DNA from: Nitrospira sp.
Lineage (GTDB): Bacteria > Nitrospirota > Nitrospiria > Nitrospirales > Nitrospiraceae
Length of the DNA: 64,000 bases
Reading direction: 5' to 3'
Assembly: GCA_047150005.1 (NCBI GenBank)
Contig: AP038806.1
Span: 2,848,001-2,912,000 of the forward strand
Shown: positions 1 to 11,512 of the stretch, piece by piece
How the letters are laid out: every line of letters starts with the position of its first letter
How positions within the stretch are numbered: the first letter of the stretch is position 1
Made by a program: the position numbers and the translations under genes
Notes under the pieces: model-generated
Databases searched by the model: none
Told to the model about the DNA's origin: nothing
The model's input: the letters and a program-made list of their open reading frames with translations, nothing else

Positions 1-537
1 GCAGCGCTGGTACATGAAGCGGTCGTGATGCAGCGTGCCTGTGAGCGGCAGGGTACGGCCTCCACGCTTCGGCGCGGAGAGGTCAGCGGATCGGGCAAGA
101 AGCCGTGGAAGCAGAAGCATACCGGCAGGGCCCGCGCCGGGTCCTTGCGGTCTCCGGTGTGGAGACACGGGGGATCGGTGTTCGGTCCCAAGCCGAGGAG
201 CTACGCGTTCAGCATGCCGAAGAAAAAATACCGTGCGGCGTTGCAGAGTGCGCTGTCGGCGAAGGTGGCGGGCGGGCAGGTCGTGGTCATGTCCGATCTT
301 TCTCTGGCACAGCCCAAGACGAAATTGTTGGCCAAAACCTTGGGCCAGTTCGGGAACGGCGTCCATATCCTCATCGTTGCGGGAGAAGGCCACACAGGGC
401 TCGTTCAGGCTGCTCGAAACCTTCCGACCGTCGCAGTCGTGGCGCCTGATCGGTTGAATGTCTACGACGTAGTGCGTGCCGGGACCATCGTCATTCCCGA
501 ACGGGAGCTGGCTCGTGTGAAGGAGGTCTGGGCATGA
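1..537 (+). CDS. rplD: 50S ribosomal protein L4 (5' truncated by window edge)
   Basis: Frame open from base 1; motif GSGKKPWKQKHTGRARAGSLRSPVWRHGG; upstream of L23. Confidence 0.97.
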   Translation, partial: AALVHEAVVMQRACERQGTASTLRRGEVSGSGKKPWKQKHTGRARAGSLRSPVWRHGGSVFGPKPRSYAFSMPKKKYRAALQSALSAKVAGGQVVVMSDLSLAQPKTKLLAKTLGQFGNGVHILIVAGEGHTGLVQAARNLPTVAVVAPDRLNVYDVVRAGTIVIPERELARVKEVWA

Positions 538-827
538 GATTGGATCTTCATCACGTGCTGATTCAGCCGCTCCTGACGGAAAAGGTGACGGCGATGCGTG
601 AATCGAACAATACGGTCAGCTTCCTCGTACATCCGGGAGCCAATCGGGTGCAAATCAAGCAGGCGGTTGAGACTTTGCTCAAGGTGAAGGTCGAGCGGGT
701 GAATGTGCTCAACGTGCAGGGCAAGATCAAGCGCCTGGGGCGGTTCTCCGGAAAGCGTTCGGACTGGAAGAAGGCTTTCGTCAAACTGAAGCAAGGCGAA
801 AAGCTCGAGCTGTACGAGAGTGCATAG
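534..827 (+). CDS. rplW: 50S ribosomal protein L23
   Basis: PLLTEK...IKQAVE...WKKAFVKL; S10 operon order. Confidence 0.97.
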   Translation: MRLDLHHVLIQPLLTEKVTAMRESNNTVSFLVHPGANRVQIKQAVETLLKVKVERVNVLNVQGKIKRLGRFSGKRSDWKKAFVKLKQGEKLELYESA

Positions 828-845
828 AAGAGGAAAGACACGTCC

Positions 846-1688
846 ATGGGGTTGAAAGCCTATAAACCGACAACATCAGGGCGCCGCGGGATGTCCGTGG
901 TGACCACCGAAGAATTAGCCGGCAAGAGACCTGAAAAGTCGCTGACGTCGTTTCACCACCGGAGCGGTGGGCGCAACAACGACGGGCGAACGACCGTCCG
1001 CTTTCGCGGCGCCGGGCATCGGCGGCTGTATCGGAAAATCGATTTTCGCCGGGACAAGGTGGGCATCGCCGCCAAGGTTGCGGCGTTGGAGTATGATCCC
1101 AACCGTTCGGCCCGCATCGCCCTGCTCAATTATCGCGACGGGGAGAAGCGCTACATTCTCGCTCCGGTCGGCCTGCAGGTTGGCGATGTGTTGCAATCAG
1201 GTGCCGATGCTGAGGTGCGTACGGGGAATGCGCTCCCTTTGGCGAACATGCCGCTGGGGACCACGATCCACAATATCGAGCTTAAGCCGGGCAAGGGCGG
1301 ACAACTGATCCGCAGCGCCGGTGGATTCGCGCAAGTGATGGGCCGGGACGGCGACTACGTGCAGGTGCGACTGAAGTCGGGCGAGATGCGAAGAATTCTT
1401 GCGTCCTGCATGGCCACCGTCGGACAGGTAGGAAATCTGGATCACGAAAATATCAATGTGGGGAAAGCCGGCCGCTCTCGCTGGATGGGACGTCGCCCGC
1501 ACGTGCGTGGCGTCGTCATGAATCCGGTCGATCATCCGCACGGCGGCGGTGAAGGCAAGTCCGGTCAAGGAAATCCGCATCCGGTCTCACCGTGGGGTCT
1601 GCCGACGAAGGGGTACAAGACCCGGAACAACAAGGCGACGGACAAGTACATCATCGCCCGACGCAAGTCAGGAGTGCGCAATGCCTAG
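846..1688 (+). CDS. rplB: 50S ribosomal protein L2
   Basis: [29 protein letters not shown]. Confidence 0.98.
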   Translation: MGLKAYKPTTSGRRGMSVVTTEELAGKRPEKSLTSFHHRSGGRNNDGRTTVRFRGAGHRRLYRKIDFRRDKVGIAAKVAALEYDPNRSARIALLNYRDGEKRYILAPVGLQVGDVLQSGADAEVRTGNALPLANMPLGTTIHNIELKPGKGGQLIRSAGGFAQVMGRDGDYVQVRLKSGEMRRILASCMATVGQVGNLDHENINVGKAGRSRWMGRRPHVRGVVMNPVDHPHGGGEGKSGQGNPHPVSPWGLPTKGYKTRNNKATDKYIIARRKSGVRNA

Positions 1689-1968
1689 ATCGGTTAGCAA
1701 GGGGCCGTTTGTTGACGAGCATCTGCTCAAGAAAGTGGAGCAGATGAATCAGACCAAGGACCGGAAAATCATCAAGACGTGGTCGCGCCGCTCCACCGTC
1801 GTTCCGGACATGATCGGGCACACTTTTGCGGTGCATAACGGCAAGAAGTTCATTCCCGTCTTTGTCACTGAAAATATGGTGGGCCACAAACTCGGTGAGT
1901 TCGCCCCCACCCGTTTCTTCAAAGGACACGGACAGGCTAAGACGGAAAAAGCGGTCGCCTTGAAATAG
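1681..1968 (+). CDS. rpsS: 30S ribosomal protein S19
   Basis: [12 protein letters not shown]...TWSRRS...[11 protein letters not shown]; start ATG 1681. Confidence 0.97.
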   Translation: MPRSVSKGPFVDEHLLKKVEQMNQTKDRKIIKTWSRRSTVVPDMIGHTFAVHNGKKFIPVFVTENMVGHKLGEFAPTRFFKGHGQAKTEKAVALK

Positions 1969-1992
1969 GGCATGATCAGGTAAGGATTAGAC

Positions 1993-2343
1993 ATGGCAGA
2001 AGCACGAGCGGTACTGAGATTTGTTCGCGTGGCTCCACGGAAGGCCCGTCCCGTCGTCGACATGATTCGCGGGCAGCAAGTGCCCATGGCCTTGGCGATG
2101 CTCAAGCATCTGCCCCGTCATGCGGCGCGCGTCATCGAGAAGGTGCTCCGTTCCGCCGTCGCCAACGCCGAGCAAAAGGAATTGGGGGACAGCGACTCCA
2201 TGCGTGTCTCTAAGGCATTCGTGAATTGCGGGCCGACCTATAAGCGGTTCCGCGCCCGATCGATGGGGCGGGCGAATGCCATTCAAAAGCGGACGAGTCA
2301 TATCACGGTCGTCGTGGAGGCGTCGGGCCTCACGGGGAAGTAA
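1993..2343 (+). CDS. rplV: 50S ribosomal protein L22
   Basis: [30 protein letters not shown]. Confidence 0.97.
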   Translation: MAEARAVLRFVRVAPRKARPVVDMIRGQQVPMALAMLKHLPRHAARVIEKVLRSAVANAEQKELGDSDSMRVSKAFVNCGPTYKRFRARSMGRANAIQKRTSHITVVVEASGLTGK

Positions 2344-2390
2344 CGCGCATCGCGGCCGATCGGCCGCGGCAGAATCGGGGGACAGATCGT

Positions 2391-3062
2391 ATGGGGCAAA
2401 AAACGCATCCAATCGGCTACCGACTCGGATACAACTACACGTGGAGTTCGCGATGGTATGCCGAGAAAGACTACGCCAAGCTGCTGCATCAGGACATCAA
2501 GATCCGCAAGATCGTGAAGCAGAAACTCTTCCACGCCGGCGTGGCCAAGGTGGAGATTGAGCGGTCGGGCGATCAGACGCGGGTCATCATCCATACGGCC
2601 CGTCCCGGAATCATCATCGGTCGCAAGGGCGCCGAGGTCGACAAGCTGAAGGCTGAGCTGGAGAAGCAGTATGGTGGGCAAGTGTATATCACGGTCAAGG
2701 AAATTAAGAAGCCCGAGCTGGATGCGCAACTGGTCAGTGAAAACGTGGCGACCCAGTTGGAAAAACGCGTCGCGTTTCGCCGCGCGATGAAGCGAAGCGT
2801 GCAGTCGGCGCTGCGCCTCGGTGCGCAGGGAATCAAGATCATGATCGCCGGCCGCTTGGGCGGCGCTGAAATTGCGCGGACTGAGTGGTACCGCGAAGGG
2901 CGTGTACCTCTGCATACGCTGCGGGCGGAGGTCGATTATGGATTTGCGGAAGCCCACACGACGATGGGACAGATCGGCGTGAAAACGTGGATCTACAAAG
3001 GGGAAATTCTTCCCGCGCAGCCGCTCAAGCCGGAATCGGCCTTTGAGCGTCGACTGGCATAA
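2391..3062 (+). CDS. rpsC: 30S ribosomal protein S3
   Basis: [33 protein letters not shown]. Confidence 0.98.
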   Translation: MGQKTHPIGYRLGYNYTWSSRWYAEKDYAKLLHQDIKIRKIVKQKLFHAGVAKVEIERSGDQTRVIIHTARPGIIIGRKGAEVDKLKAELEKQYGGQVYITVKEIKKPELDAQLVSENVATQLEKRVAFRRAMKRSVQSALRLGAQGIKIMIAGRLGGAEIARTEWYREGRVPLHTLRAEVDYGFAEAHTTMGQIGVKTWIYKGEILPAQPLKPESAFERRLA

Positions 3063-3076
3063 GTTAAGAGGCGAAC

Positions 3077-3490
3077 GTGCTGGCACCGAAAAAAGTCAAG
3101 TTTCGAAAGATGATGAAAGGCCGTATGCGAGGCAAGGCCTACCGAGGCGGGAATGTCACACTCGGGGAGTTCGGGTTGAAAGCGCTGGAGCCGGGTTGGG
3201 TGACCAGCCGGCAGATCGAGGCGGCTCGCATCGCCATCACCCGGTATGTGAAGCGGGGCGGGCAGGTGTGGACCAGGATTTTCCCCGACAAGCCGATCAC
3301 GAAGAAGCCGGCCGAAACCCGTATGGGCAAGGGCAAGGGCAATCCGGAATATTGGGTGGCGGTGGTCAAGCCCGGCCGGATTCTCTATGAGATGGGCGGG
3401 GTCACACCGGAGATCGCCAATGAAGCATTTCGTTTGGCCGCGCACAAGCTGCCGATCGCGACCAAGTGTGTGGCACGCGGAGAGTTTTAG
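3077..3490 (+). CDS. rplP: 50S ribosomal protein L16
   Basis: [21 protein letters not shown]. Confidence 0.98.
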   Translation: MLAPKKVKFRKMMKGRMRGKAYRGGNVTLGEFGLKALEPGWVTSRQIEAARIAITRYVKRGGQVWTRIFPDKPITKKPAETRMGKGKGNPEYWVAVVKPGRILYEMGGVTPEIANEAFRLAAHKLPIATKCVARGEF

Positions 3491-3521
3491 GGAGCGTTGA
3501 GTTCAGGAGAAGGGCGGGAGC

Positions 3522-3734
3522 GTGATGGATCTCAAAGAATTGAAGCAATTGACTGCGCCTGAGCTGTCGGAGAAGGCCAAGGAATTGACGCAAGAGCTGT
3601 TCAACCTGCGCTTTCAGCTGGGGACCGGACGGCTGGAAAACCCGATGCAGATCCGGAAAACGAAGCGAACGATCGCGCAGGTGAAGACCCTCCTGCGTGA
3701 GACGGAGCGAGTGAGCCAAAAGGCAGGCTCGTAA
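3522..3734 (+). CDS. rpmC: 50S ribosomal protein L29
   Basis: [17 protein letters not shown]; position. Confidence 0.96.
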   Translation: MMDLKELKQLTAPELSEKAKELTQELFNLRFQLGTGRLENPMQIRKTKRTIAQVKTLLRETERVSQKAGS

Positions 3735-3754
3735 AGGGGAAATAGGTACGCACT

Positions 3755-4021
3755 ATGGCAGAGACGGGCGTCAAGAGGCGTGAATGGATCGGACGGGTTC
3801 TCAGCAACAAGATGAACAAGACCGTCGTCGTGGCGGTGGAACGGTCGGTCGTCCACCCCATCTATCGAAAAGTCTTGCGGCGGATCACCAAGTTGAAGGC
3901 CCACGACGAGCAGAATGCGTGCGGGGTTGGCGACCGGGTCCGGATGATCGAAACCCGACCCATCAGTAAAGAGAAGCATTGGCGTGTGGTTGAGGTGTTG
4001 GAAAAAGGGCGCGGCGAGTAA
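3755..4021 (+). CDS. rpsQ: 30S ribosomal protein S17
   Basis: [23 protein letters not shown]. Confidence 0.97.
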   Translation: MAETGVKRREWIGRVLSNKMNKTVVVAVERSVVHPIYRKVLRRITKLKAHDEQNACGVGDRVRMIETRPISKEKHWRVVEVLEKGRGE

Positions 4022-4056
4022 CTCGCTCGTGCACGACGACAAGGAACGAGTCAGAC

Positions 4057-4425
4057 ATGATTCAGAACTATACCTACATGGATGTGGCCGACAACTCGGG
4101 GGCGAAGCAGGCCATGTGCTTCCATGTTCTCGGCGGCTCGAAACGCCGATACGCCTCCCTGGGAGACATCGTCGTCGTGGCCGTCAAGGAAGCGATTCCT
4201 CAGGCGACCGTCAAGAAAGGGGACGTCAGTCGCGCTGTGATCGTGCGCACGACGAAAGAAGTCCGGCGTGAAGACGGGTCCTACATCAAGTTCGACCGGA
4301 ATGCGTGCGTACTGATCAACAAAGAAGGAGAGCCCGTCGGCACTCGCATCTTCGGACCGGTCGCCCGCGAACTCCGATGGAAAAAGTTCATGAAGATTAT
4401 TTCTCTTGCTCCGGAAGTCCTGTAA
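4057..4425 (+). CDS. rplN: 50S ribosomal protein L14
   Basis: [28 protein letters not shown]. Confidence 0.98.
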   Translation: MIQNYTYMDVADNSGAKQAMCFHVLGGSKRRYASLGDIVVVAVKEAIPQATVKKGDVSRAVIVRTTKEVRREDGSYIKFDRNACVLINKEGEPVGTRIFGPVARELRWKKFMKIISLAPEVL

Positions 4426-4450
4426 GCCGGATCGCGACATAGGAGTAGAC

Positions 4451-4780
4451 GTGGAAGCGTTACAGAAAGTTCGAATCCGCAAGGGCGACACCGTGGTGAT
4501 CATCGCAGGTCGCGACCGGGGGAAATCAGGGAAGGTGTTGTCGGTCGACCGGTCGAAGGGCAAGCTCGTGGTCGAGAAGATCAACATGATCAAGCGCCAC
4601 ACCAAACCGAATCAGAAGGTGAAGCAGGGCGGTATTCTCGAACGGGAAGCGCCGCTGGCGGTTTCCAACGTGATGTTTTTGTGCCCGGTCACCCAGAAGC
4701 CGACGCGGCTCGGCGTGCGGGTGCAGGCCGACGGCAAACGTGTCCGCTTCAGCAAGAAATCCAAGGACGTAGTGGAATAA
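4451..4780 (+). CDS. rplX: 50S ribosomal protein L24
   Basis: KOW motif [22 protein letters not shown] start at 4451 after AGGAG. Confidence 0.96.
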   Translation: MEALQKVRIRKGDTVVIIAGRDRGKSGKVLSVDRSKGKLVVEKINMIKRHTKPNQKVKQGGILEREAPLAVSNVMFLCPVTQKPTRLGVRVQADGKRVRFSKKSKDVVE

Positions 4781-4797
4781 AGGCAAAGGGAAGGCAC

Positions 4798-5457
4798 ATG
4801 GCGGACGCGAAAGATCCAAAGAAGGCAAAAGGCGCGAAACCGGCTGGGCGCGCATCGAAGAAGGACGGTGCGGCGGCTCCTCAAGCGCTTGACGATGGGA
4901 GTGAAGAATTCAAATTCAGTCCCCGCCTGCGCGACATGTATCGCGAACAGGTCATTCCAGCCCTCATGAAGGAGTTCGGATACAAGAACCTGATGCAGGT
5001 GCCGAAGCTCGAGCGGATCGTGCTGAACGTCGGGATGAGTGAGGCCACCCAGAATGTGAAGCTGCTCGAGAGCGCGGCGACCGAGCTGGGGATGATTACC
5101 GGGCAGAAACCGATCATCACCAAAGCCAAGAAGGCGATTGCTGGCTTCAAGTTGCGGCAAGGAATGCCGATCGGAACCAAAGTGACGCTGCGGAACCGCC
5201 GGATGTACGAATTTTTCGATCGACTGGTGACCTTGGCGCTGCCCCGGATCCGAGACTTTCGGGGCGTATCGCCCAAGGCGTTCGACGGACGCGGCAACTA
5301 CACGCTCGGTCTCAAGGAACAGTTGATTTTCCCCGAGATCAAGTATGACGAGGTGGCCTCGATCCACGGCATGGACATCACCATCGTGACGACGGCCCGC
5401 ACCAACGACGAAGGTAAGGCCTTGCTGCGGCAGTTGGGGATGCCCTTCCGGACCTAA
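4798..5457 (+). CDS. rplE: 50S ribosomal protein L5 with Lys/Ala-rich N-terminal extension
   Basis: [30 protein letters not shown] 4798. Confidence 0.97.
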   Translation: MADAKDPKKAKGAKPAGRASKKDGAAAPQALDDGSEEFKFSPRLRDMYREQVIPALMKEFGYKNLMQVPKLERIVLNVGMSEATQNVKLLESAATELGMITGQKPIITKAKKAIAGFKLRQGMPIGTKVTLRNRRMYEFFDRLVTLALPRIRDFRGVSPKAFDGRGNYTLGLKEQLIFPEIKYDEVASIHGMDITIVTTARTNDEGKALLRQLGMPFRT

Positions 5458-5478
5458 CGTGTAACGAAGGAGCCGATT

Positions 5479-5664
5479 GTGTCGAGATTAGCCCTGCGGA
5501 ACAAATGTGCGAAGAAGCCGAAGTTTTCCACGCGCGCGTATCATCGTTGCGGGATCTGCGGGCGCGTGCACGGATTTTTGCGTCGCTTTAGAATGTGCAG
5601 AATCTGTTTCCGCCTGCTGAGCCTGAAAGGGGAAATTCCTGGAGTCAGGAAGGCCAGTTGGTGA
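5479..5664 (+). CDS. rpsN: 30S ribosomal protein S14, short zinc-binding (C+) type
   Basis: 61 aa, CGIC...CRIC. Confidence 0.96.
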   Translation: MSRLALRNKCAKKPKFSTRAYHRCGICGRVHGFLRRFRMCRICFRLLSLKGEIPGVRKASW

Positions 5665-5758
5665 TGCGGCGGCCGCGGCATATGACGTAATCGGCCGCAT
5701 TGGCCGAGCAGTGCAAGGCAATACAACGACGGGTGTGAAGGGAGTCTGAAGGGAGTCT

Positions 5759-6154
5759 ATGGTTACGGATCCGATCAGTGACATGCTGGTGAGATTGCGA
5801 AACGGATTTCGGCGGCAACATGAAGTGGTCACCATTCCGGCGTCCAAATTGAAACGCGAGGTCCTGCGTGTTCTGCAGGCGGAGGGCTTCATTCACGGCG
5901 TCGAGGCGGCGGAGGAGGAAGGCCATCCGGTTCTCAAGGTTCGTCTCCGGTATGTGGGTGAGGGGCAACCGATGATCACCGGGATGGAGCGTGTGAGCAA
6001 GCCGGGTCGACGGGTCTACGTCGGAAATAAGAATATTCCGCGGGTGCGCAACGGTATCGGCATGGCGATCCTCTCGACGTCCAAAGGGATCATGACCGAT
6101 CAGGCGTCCCGCAAGGCGGGGCTCGGCGGTGAAGTACTCTGTTCGATCTGGTAG
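5759..6154 (+). CDS. rpsH: 30S ribosomal protein S8
   Basis: TDPISDML, SKPGRRVY, LSTSKGIMT, GGEVLC. Confidence 0.97.
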   Translation: MVTDPISDMLVRLRNGFRRQHEVVTIPASKLKREVLRVLQAEGFIHGVEAAEEEGHPVLKVRLRYVGEGQPMITGMERVSKPGRRVYVGNKNIPRVRNGIGMAILSTSKGIMTDQASRKAGLGGEVLCSIW

Positions 6155-6193
6155 CGGGCGGTTGACTGCATCGGCAAGAAGGATGGCGTAGCG

Positions 6194-6730
6194 ATGTCAC
6201 GCATAGGAAAAAAACCGGTTCCGGTCCCGGCCGGTGTCGACGTGAAAGTGGCGGGGTCTGTAGTGTCCGTGAAAGGTCCGCTTGGTAAGCTGGATTGGGC
6301 GCTTGCGCCCGGTATCGGTGTCACCGTGGACAAAGGGCAAGTCCTGGTCACTCGATCAGGCGATGCGCGCAATGTCCGGGCCTTACACGGTTTGGTCCGC
6401 GCGGAATTGAGTAACATGGTCCACGGCGTCACCAAGGGGTATGAGCGGAATCTGGAAATCACCGGCGTCGGCTACAAGGCCGCAGTGCAGGGGCGCACGA
6501 TGAGTTTCAATGTGGGCTACATCAATCCGGTCGTGTATCCGATCCCCGCCGGGATCGAGGTGAAAATCGACAAGCAGACCATGATCAATGTGAAGGGCGT
6601 TGATAAGCGGCTTGTGGGGCAGGTGGCGGCCAACCTTCGGGCCATCAAGCCGCCCGACGTCTATAAGCAAAAGGGTGTGCGGTACGTCGGTGAAGTCTTG
6701 CGTAAGAAGGAAGGCAAAACAGGGAAGTAG
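6194..6730 (+). CDS. rplF: 50S ribosomal protein L6
   Basis: MSRIGKKPV, GVGYKA, PDVYKQKGVRY. Confidence 0.97.
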   Translation: MSRIGKKPVPVPAGVDVKVAGSVVSVKGPLGKLDWALAPGIGVTVDKGQVLVTRSGDARNVRALHGLVRAELSNMVHGVTKGYERNLEITGVGYKAAVQGRTMSFNVGYINPVVYPIPAGIEVKIDKQTMINVKGVDKRLVGQVAANLRAIKPPDVYKQKGVRYVGEVLRKKEGKTGK

Positions 6731-6736
6731 GATGCC

Positions 6737-7102
6737 ATGAACAGTATGGAGAAAAACCGGCAGCTCGCGCGTCGCCAACGGCGTGTTCGCCAACGGATTT
6801 TCGGAACCGACGAGCGACCGCGGCTCAACGTGTTTCGCAGCAGCAGCCACATTTATGCGCAGATCATCGATGATCTGAAGGGTCTGACGTTGGTGTCGGC
6901 GTCGTCCCTTGATAAATCGCTGCGCACCACGCTCAAGTCCACAAGCAGCATCGTGGCGGCGAAAGCGGTCGGGAAGCTGCTGGCGGAACGGGCTAAAGCC
7001 GCCAAGGTTCACGCGGTCGTGTTTGATCGCGGCGGCCGTCTCTACCACGGCCGAATCAAAGCGTTGGCGGATGCCTCCCGTGAGGGAGGGTTGCAGTTCT
7101 AG
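6737..7102 (+). CDS. rplR: 50S ribosomal protein L18
   Basis: [22 protein letters not shown]. Confidence 0.97.
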   Translation: MNSMEKNRQLARRQRRVRQRIFGTDERPRLNVFRSSSHIYAQIIDDLKGLTLVSASSLDKSLRTTLKSTSSIVAAKAVGKLLAERAKAAKVHAVVFDRGGRLYHGRIKALADASREGGLQF

Positions 7103-7147
7103 TGCAGCGACCGTCGAATCTTCACACAGGAGAGGGGGAGTAGACGC

Positions 7148-7657
7148 GTGCGAGTTAATCCCGATGAACTCAGTTTGAAGGACAAAGTGGTCTTCATTAA
7201 CCGTGTGGCCAAAGTGGTCAAGGGCGGCAAGCGGTTCAACTTTTGCGCGCTCGTGGTGGTCGGAGACGGGCAGGGTTGGGTCGGCATCGGCAAAGGGAAG
7301 GCGGCCGAAGTCCCGGTGGCCATTTCCAAGGCCGTGCAGCAGGCCAAGAAGAACTTGGTGCACGTGCCGCTCAAGTCCGGAACGATTCCACACGAGGTCC
7401 ACGGGCTGTTCGGGGGCGAGCATGTGCTCTTAAAGCCTGCCGCAGAAGGGACTGGAATCATAGCTGGTGGTGCGGTGCGAGCCGTCGTCGAGTTGGTCGG
7501 CGCCCATAACGTCATCTCCAAGACGCTGGGAAGAGGCAACCCATTCAACACCGTGCGGGCGACGCTGGACGGCCTGACCCAGCTGCGAAATCCGGAAGAA
7601 GTGATGCAGTTGCGGCGCGGTCTCTCCGAGGTCCGTTCGGCCGGAGTGGGGGCATGA
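7148..7657 (+). CDS. rpsE: 30S ribosomal protein S5
   Basis: [22 protein letters not shown]. Confidence 0.97.
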   Translation: MRVNPDELSLKDKVVFINRVAKVVKGGKRFNFCALVVVGDGQGWVGIGKGKAAEVPVAISKAVQQAKKNLVHVPLKSGTIPHEVHGLFGGEHVLLKPAAEGTGIIAGGAVRAVVELVGAHNVISKTLGRGNPFNTVRATLDGLTQLRNPEEVMQLRRGLSEVRSAGVGA

Positions 7658-7857
7658 TGGCAACGACGAAAACAGGCACAGCGAGCATACGCATTACCCT
7701 GAAGCGAAGTCCCATCGGAACACCGGAGCGTCACCGGCTCGTCTTGCGCGGCCTCGGACTGCGAAAAATTCGTCAGGCGGTCGTGCGTCCGGATACGCCG
7801 CAAGTCAGAGGTCTTATTCATCAGGTCGGCTACTTGTTGGAAGTGCAATCACAATGA
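7654..7857 (+). CDS. rpmD: 50S ribosomal protein L30
   Basis: [23 protein letters not shown]. Confidence 0.95.
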   Translation: MMATTKTGTASIRITLKRSPIGTPERHRLVLRGLGLRKIRQAVVRPDTPQVRGLIHQVGYLLEVQSQ

Positions 7858-8303
7858 ACTTACACGAACTGGCTCCCGCGAAAGGAGCAAAGAAAAAGCG
7901 CAAGAGGATCGGTCGAGGTCCGGGGTCCGGGCACGGCAAGACCGCCACGAAGGGACATAAGGGCCTGTTGGCCCGCTCCGGCGGCGGCAAGGGAGCCGGC
8001 TTCGAGGGCGGACAGATGCCGCTCATTCGGCGCGTGCCCAAGTACGGATTTACCAATCCGTTCAGGAAGGAATTTGCCATCGTCAACCTCAAGAGTCTCG
8101 CCGAATTGGCCGAGCAGGGAACGATCACCCCTCAGACATTGGTCGATGCCGGACTCGTCAGACGCGTGACGTTGCCGATCAAAATCCTTGGAAACGGCGA
8201 ACTCAAGAAGCCGCTGGTGGTGCAGGCGCATAAATTCAGCAAGTCGGCCGAAGCCAAGATCCAAGCAGCAGGAGGCAAAGTCGAGGTCATTCCCGGTGTT
8301 TGA
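7854..8303 (+). CDS. rplO: 50S ribosomal protein L15
   Basis: [20 protein letters not shown]. Confidence 0.97.
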   Translation: MNLHELAPAKGAKKKRKRIGRGPGSGHGKTATKGHKGLLARSGGGKGAGFEGGQMPLIRRVPKYGFTNPFRKEFAIVNLKSLAELAEQGTITPQTLVDAGLVRRVTLPIKILGNGELKKPLVVQAHKFSKSAEAKIQAAGGKVEVIPGV

Positions 8304-9615
8304 GCGGCTCCTGACGAGTTTTCAGAATATTTTCAAGATTCCCGAGTTGCGGACCAGGATTCTGTTCACGCTGGGAATGCTGGTCGTCTATCGAGTTGGG
8401 GCGCATATCCCTACGCCGGGAATCAACGGGGAAGCGCTCCAGGACTTTTTGCAAAAGCAGGGCGGGGCGCTGCTCGGTTTCTTGGATATTTTTTCCGGCG
8501 GTTCGCTGTCGAGGCTGACGATCTTTGCGCTGGGCATCATGCCGTACATCAGCGCATCGATTATTCTTCAGCTCCTGACAGTGGTCATTCCTCACCTGAC
8601 GAAACTGGCGAAGGAAGGGGAGCGCGGTCGGAAGAAGATCATTCAGTATACGCGCTTCGGGACGATCGGCATCGCCCTGATTCAAGGGTTCGGCATCGCT
8701 GTCGGTCTGGAACAGATGAACAGCGGAGCGTTCGTCTTGGACAAAGGTTGGGGATTCCGTCTGATGACGGTGATCACCCTCACCGCCGGCACGGCGTTTC
8801 TGATGTGGCTCGGGGAGCAGATCACTGAGCGCGGGATCGGCAACGGGATCTCGCTGATCATTTTCGCCGGGATCGTGGCTCGTCTTCCCGCGGCGGTGGC
8901 GCAGACCTTCGATCTGTACAAGGTCGGCCAGTTGAGCTTTCTGTTGTTGGCCGCGCTCGCCGTGTTGATGGTCGCGGTCGTGGCCGCCATCGTGTTCCTG
9001 GAAAGCGGCCGCCGCAAGGTGCCCGTGCAGTATGCGAAGCGGGTGGTGGGGCGGCGGGTCTACGGAGGGCAGAGTACGCATATTCCGCTGAAGATCAATA
9101 CGGCCGGGGTGATTCCGCCGATTTTCGCGTCATCGATCATTGCGTTCCCTGCCACCATTGCCGGCTTTTTCGAGACGCCATGGGTGAAGGCCATCGGGGC
9201 GCAGCTGGCGCCGGGGTCGCTGTTGTATACGCTCATGTACGTCGGTTTGATTCTGTTTTTCTGCTTTTTCTATACGGCGGTGGTGCTCAATCCGGTGGAT
9301 ATGGCCGACAACATGAAAAAGTACGGCGGCTTCATCCCCGGGATTCGGCCAGGCCAGCGGACCTCGGATTATATCTATAAGGTCCTGACGCATATCACGT
9401 TCGCGGGGGCGATCTACCTCGCCGTCGTCTGCGTGATTCCGGAGTTTCTGATCTACAAGCTGAACGTGCCCTTTTATTTCGGCGGTACGTCGCTGCTGAT
9501 CGTCATCGGCGTCGGACTGGATACGGCGCAGCAAATCGAGTCCCATATGTTGATGCGCAACTACGAAGGGTTTTTGGGAAAGGGCATGGGACCGTTACGC
9601 GGCCGGAGCGGCTGA
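8296..9615 (+). CDS. secY: preprotein translocase subunit SecY
   Basis: [40 protein letters not shown] start 8296. Confidence 0.98.
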   Translation: MFERLLTSFQNIFKIPELRTRILFTLGMLVVYRVGAHIPTPGINGEALQDFLQKQGGALLGFLDIFSGGSLSRLTIFALGIMPYISASIILQLLTVVIPHLTKLAKEGERGRKKIIQYTRFGTIGIALIQGFGIAVGLEQMNSGAFVLDKGWGFRLMTVITLTAGTAFLMWLGEQITERGIGNGISLIIFAGIVARLPAAVAQTFDLYKVGQLSFLLLAALAVLMVAVVAAIVFLESGRRKVPVQYAKRVVGRRVYGGQSTHIPLKINTAGVIPPIFASSIIAFPATIAGFFETPWVKAIGAQLAPGSLLYTLMYVGLILFFCFFYTAVVLNPVDMADNMKKYGGFIPGIRPGQRTSDYIYKVLTHITFAGAIYLAVVCVIPEFLIYKLNVPFYFGGTSLLIVIGVGLDTAQQIESHMLMRNYEGFLGKGMGPLRGRSG

Positions 9616-9619
9616 CCTC

Positions 9620-10276
9620 ATGCGCGTGGTATTTCTTGGAGCGCCGGGTGTCGGCAAGGGGACTCAAGCGGATCGAATCGCTGCAGCGTCCAAGAGCGTG
9701 AAGATCTCCACCGGTGACCTGCTGCGCGAGGCGGTGAGAAATCAAACGACGCTGGGCCGTGAGGCCAAGGGCTACATGGACCAAGGTAAGCTGGTTCCTG
9801 ATAGTGTCGTCATCGGGTTGGTCCGGGAAAAGCTCGCCGGTTTCAGCGGCACGGACGGTTTCATACTCGACGGGTTTCCGCGGACGGTAGTGCAGGCCGA
9901 GGAGTTGGATCGCGTGCTGGTGTCTGGGAATACGCCGCTCGATCGCGTCGTCAATTTTCAGGTCTCCAGGGAGGATGTTATTCGGCGCTTGAGCGGGCGG
10001 CGAAGTTGCCCCAAGTGCCAAGCGACATTCCATGTAGATTTTGCTCCGTCGAAAAAGGGGAGCGTCTGTGACCGGTGCGGTGAGACGCTGGTACAGCGTA
10101 GCGATGACCGGCCGGAAGCGATCGAGACGCGGCTTAAGGTGTATGAGGAACAAACGGCTCCACTGATTCGGTATTATCGCGAGCGACAACTCCTGTCGGA
10201 ACTCGACGGATCCGGTACAGTGGACACGGTATTTGAAGGGTTATCTCGGGTGCTGGCTTCTTACAGGCCGACATGA
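9620..10276 (+). CDS. adk: adenylate kinase (zinc LID type)
   Basis: GAPGVGKGTQ, ILDGFPRT, CPKC...CDRC. Confidence 0.97.
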   Translation: MRVVFLGAPGVGKGTQADRIAAASKSVKISTGDLLREAVRNQTTLGREAKGYMDQGKLVPDSVVIGLVREKLAGFSGTDGFILDGFPRTVVQAEELDRVLVSGNTPLDRVVNFQVSREDVIRRLSGRRSCPKCQATFHVDFAPSKKGSVCDRCGETLVQRSDDRPEAIETRLKVYEEQTAPLIRYYRERQLLSELDGSGTVDTVFEGLSRVLASYRPT

Positions 10277-11022
10277 TCATTCTGAAGACGCCAGAGGAGG
10301 TTGCCCTGATGGCAAAGGCGTCGAGAGTGGTGGCGGAAGCGCTGGAGGTCCTGAAGCAAGCGGTCAAGCCCGGGGTCACCACGGGCGAGTTGGACCGACT
10401 GGCTGAATCGGAAATTCGTGCTCGGGGCGCCCAGCCGGCGTTCAAGGGGTATCGAAATTATCCCAAGACGTTGTGTGCTTCGGTCAACGAACAGGTTGTG
10501 CACGGCATTCCCTCCCAGCGCGCGCTGAAAGAGGGAGACATCGTCGGACTGGATCTGGGCGCGATCGTCGAAGGGTTCTACGGAGACTCGGCGGTGACCG
10601 TCGGAGTCGGACAGGTGGATGACAAGACGGCGAGGTTGGTTCGGGTGACGGAAGAAGCTCTCGCGCTCGGTATTGAGCAGGCGGTAGTGGGAAACCGGTT
10701 GTCTGACATTTCCCACGCGGTTCAGCGTCATGTCGAAGCTGCGGGATATTCCGTCGTTACGGAATTTGTGGGTCACGGCATCGGCCGGCAGCTGCATGAA
10801 GAACCGCAGGTTCCGAATTACGGGAGACCAGGACAGGGACCGCGGTTACAACACGGCATGGTCCTCGCCATCGAGCCCATGGTCAATATGGGAGGCGCGG
10901 CGGTCAGAGTCCTCGACGATCGGTGGACCGCGGTGACGGTGGACGGAAGTTTATCGGCGCATTTCGAGCATACGATCGCCGTTCAGCCCGAGGGACCGGC
11001 GAGGGTCCTCAGTCGATTATGA
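10273..11022 (+). CDS. map: methionine aminopeptidase type I
   Basis: SVNEQVVHGIP, GHGIG..LHEEP, IEPM, SAHFEHT. Confidence 0.97.
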   Translation: MIILKTPEEVALMAKASRVVAEALEVLKQAVKPGVTTGELDRLAESEIRARGAQPAFKGYRNYPKTLCASVNEQVVHGIPSQRALKEGDIVGLDLGAIVEGFYGDSAVTVGVGQVDDKTARLVRVTEEALALGIEQAVVGNRLSDISHAVQRHVEAAGYSVVTEFVGHGIGRQLHEEPQVPNYGRPGQGPRLQHGMVLAIEPMVNMGGAAVRVLDDRWTAVTVDGSLSAHFEHTIAVQPEGPARVLSRL

Positions 11023-11051
11023 AGAGTCGTCAGAAGAAAGGATAAGGGTTC

Positions 11052-11270
11052 GTGCCCAAGGAAGACATCATCGAGATTCAAGGCACCGTGGCCGAAACCT
11101 TACCGAACGCGATGTTTCGCGTACAACTCGAGAACGGTCATAAGATTCTGGCGCATATTTCCGGAAAGATGCGCATGCATTTCATTCGCATCCTTCCGGG
11201 CGATAAGGTGACGGTTGAAATGTCTCCGTACGATTTGACGCGCGGGCGGATCACGTATCGGTTCAAGTAG
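11052..11270 (+). CDS. infA: translation initiation factor IF-1
   Basis: [23 protein letters not shown]. Confidence 0.98.
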   Translation: MPKEDIIEIQGTVAETLPNAMFRVQLENGHKILAHISGKMRMHFIRILPGDKVTVEMSPYDLTRGRITYRFK

Positions 11271-11286
11271 GAGCAGCGAAAGAGCT

Positions 11287-11400
11287 ATGAAAGTGAAATC
11301 ATCCGTCAAGCCGATCTGTGCCAAGTGCAAGGTGGTGAGACGTCGAGGCGTCGTGCGGATCCTGTGCGAGAATCCGCGGCATAAACAACGGCAGGGATGA
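11287..11400 (+). CDS. rpmJ: 50S ribosomal protein L36 (37 aa, not in the ORF track)
   Basis: Translated by hand: [37 protein letters not shown]. Confidence 0.97.
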   Translation: MKVKSSVKPICAKCKVVRRRGVVRILCENPRHKQRQG

Positions 11401-11406
11401 AGTAAC

Positions 11407-11502
11407 GTGCTGAGCGACGAGTGCTGAGTCCTGAGCTGGCAGTCGAAGCAGCGCAACCTGGCACCGAAGGCATCTCAGCACTCAGAACTTAGTACTCAGC
11501 AC
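11407..11502. repeat. inverted array of 7-mer repeats (TGCTGAG-like / CTCAGCA-like) between rpmJ and rpsM
   Basis: tgctgag cgacgag tgctgag tcctgag ... ctcagca ctcagaa cttagta ctcagca. Confidence 0.75.
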
Positions 11503-11512
11503 TGGAGGAAAC

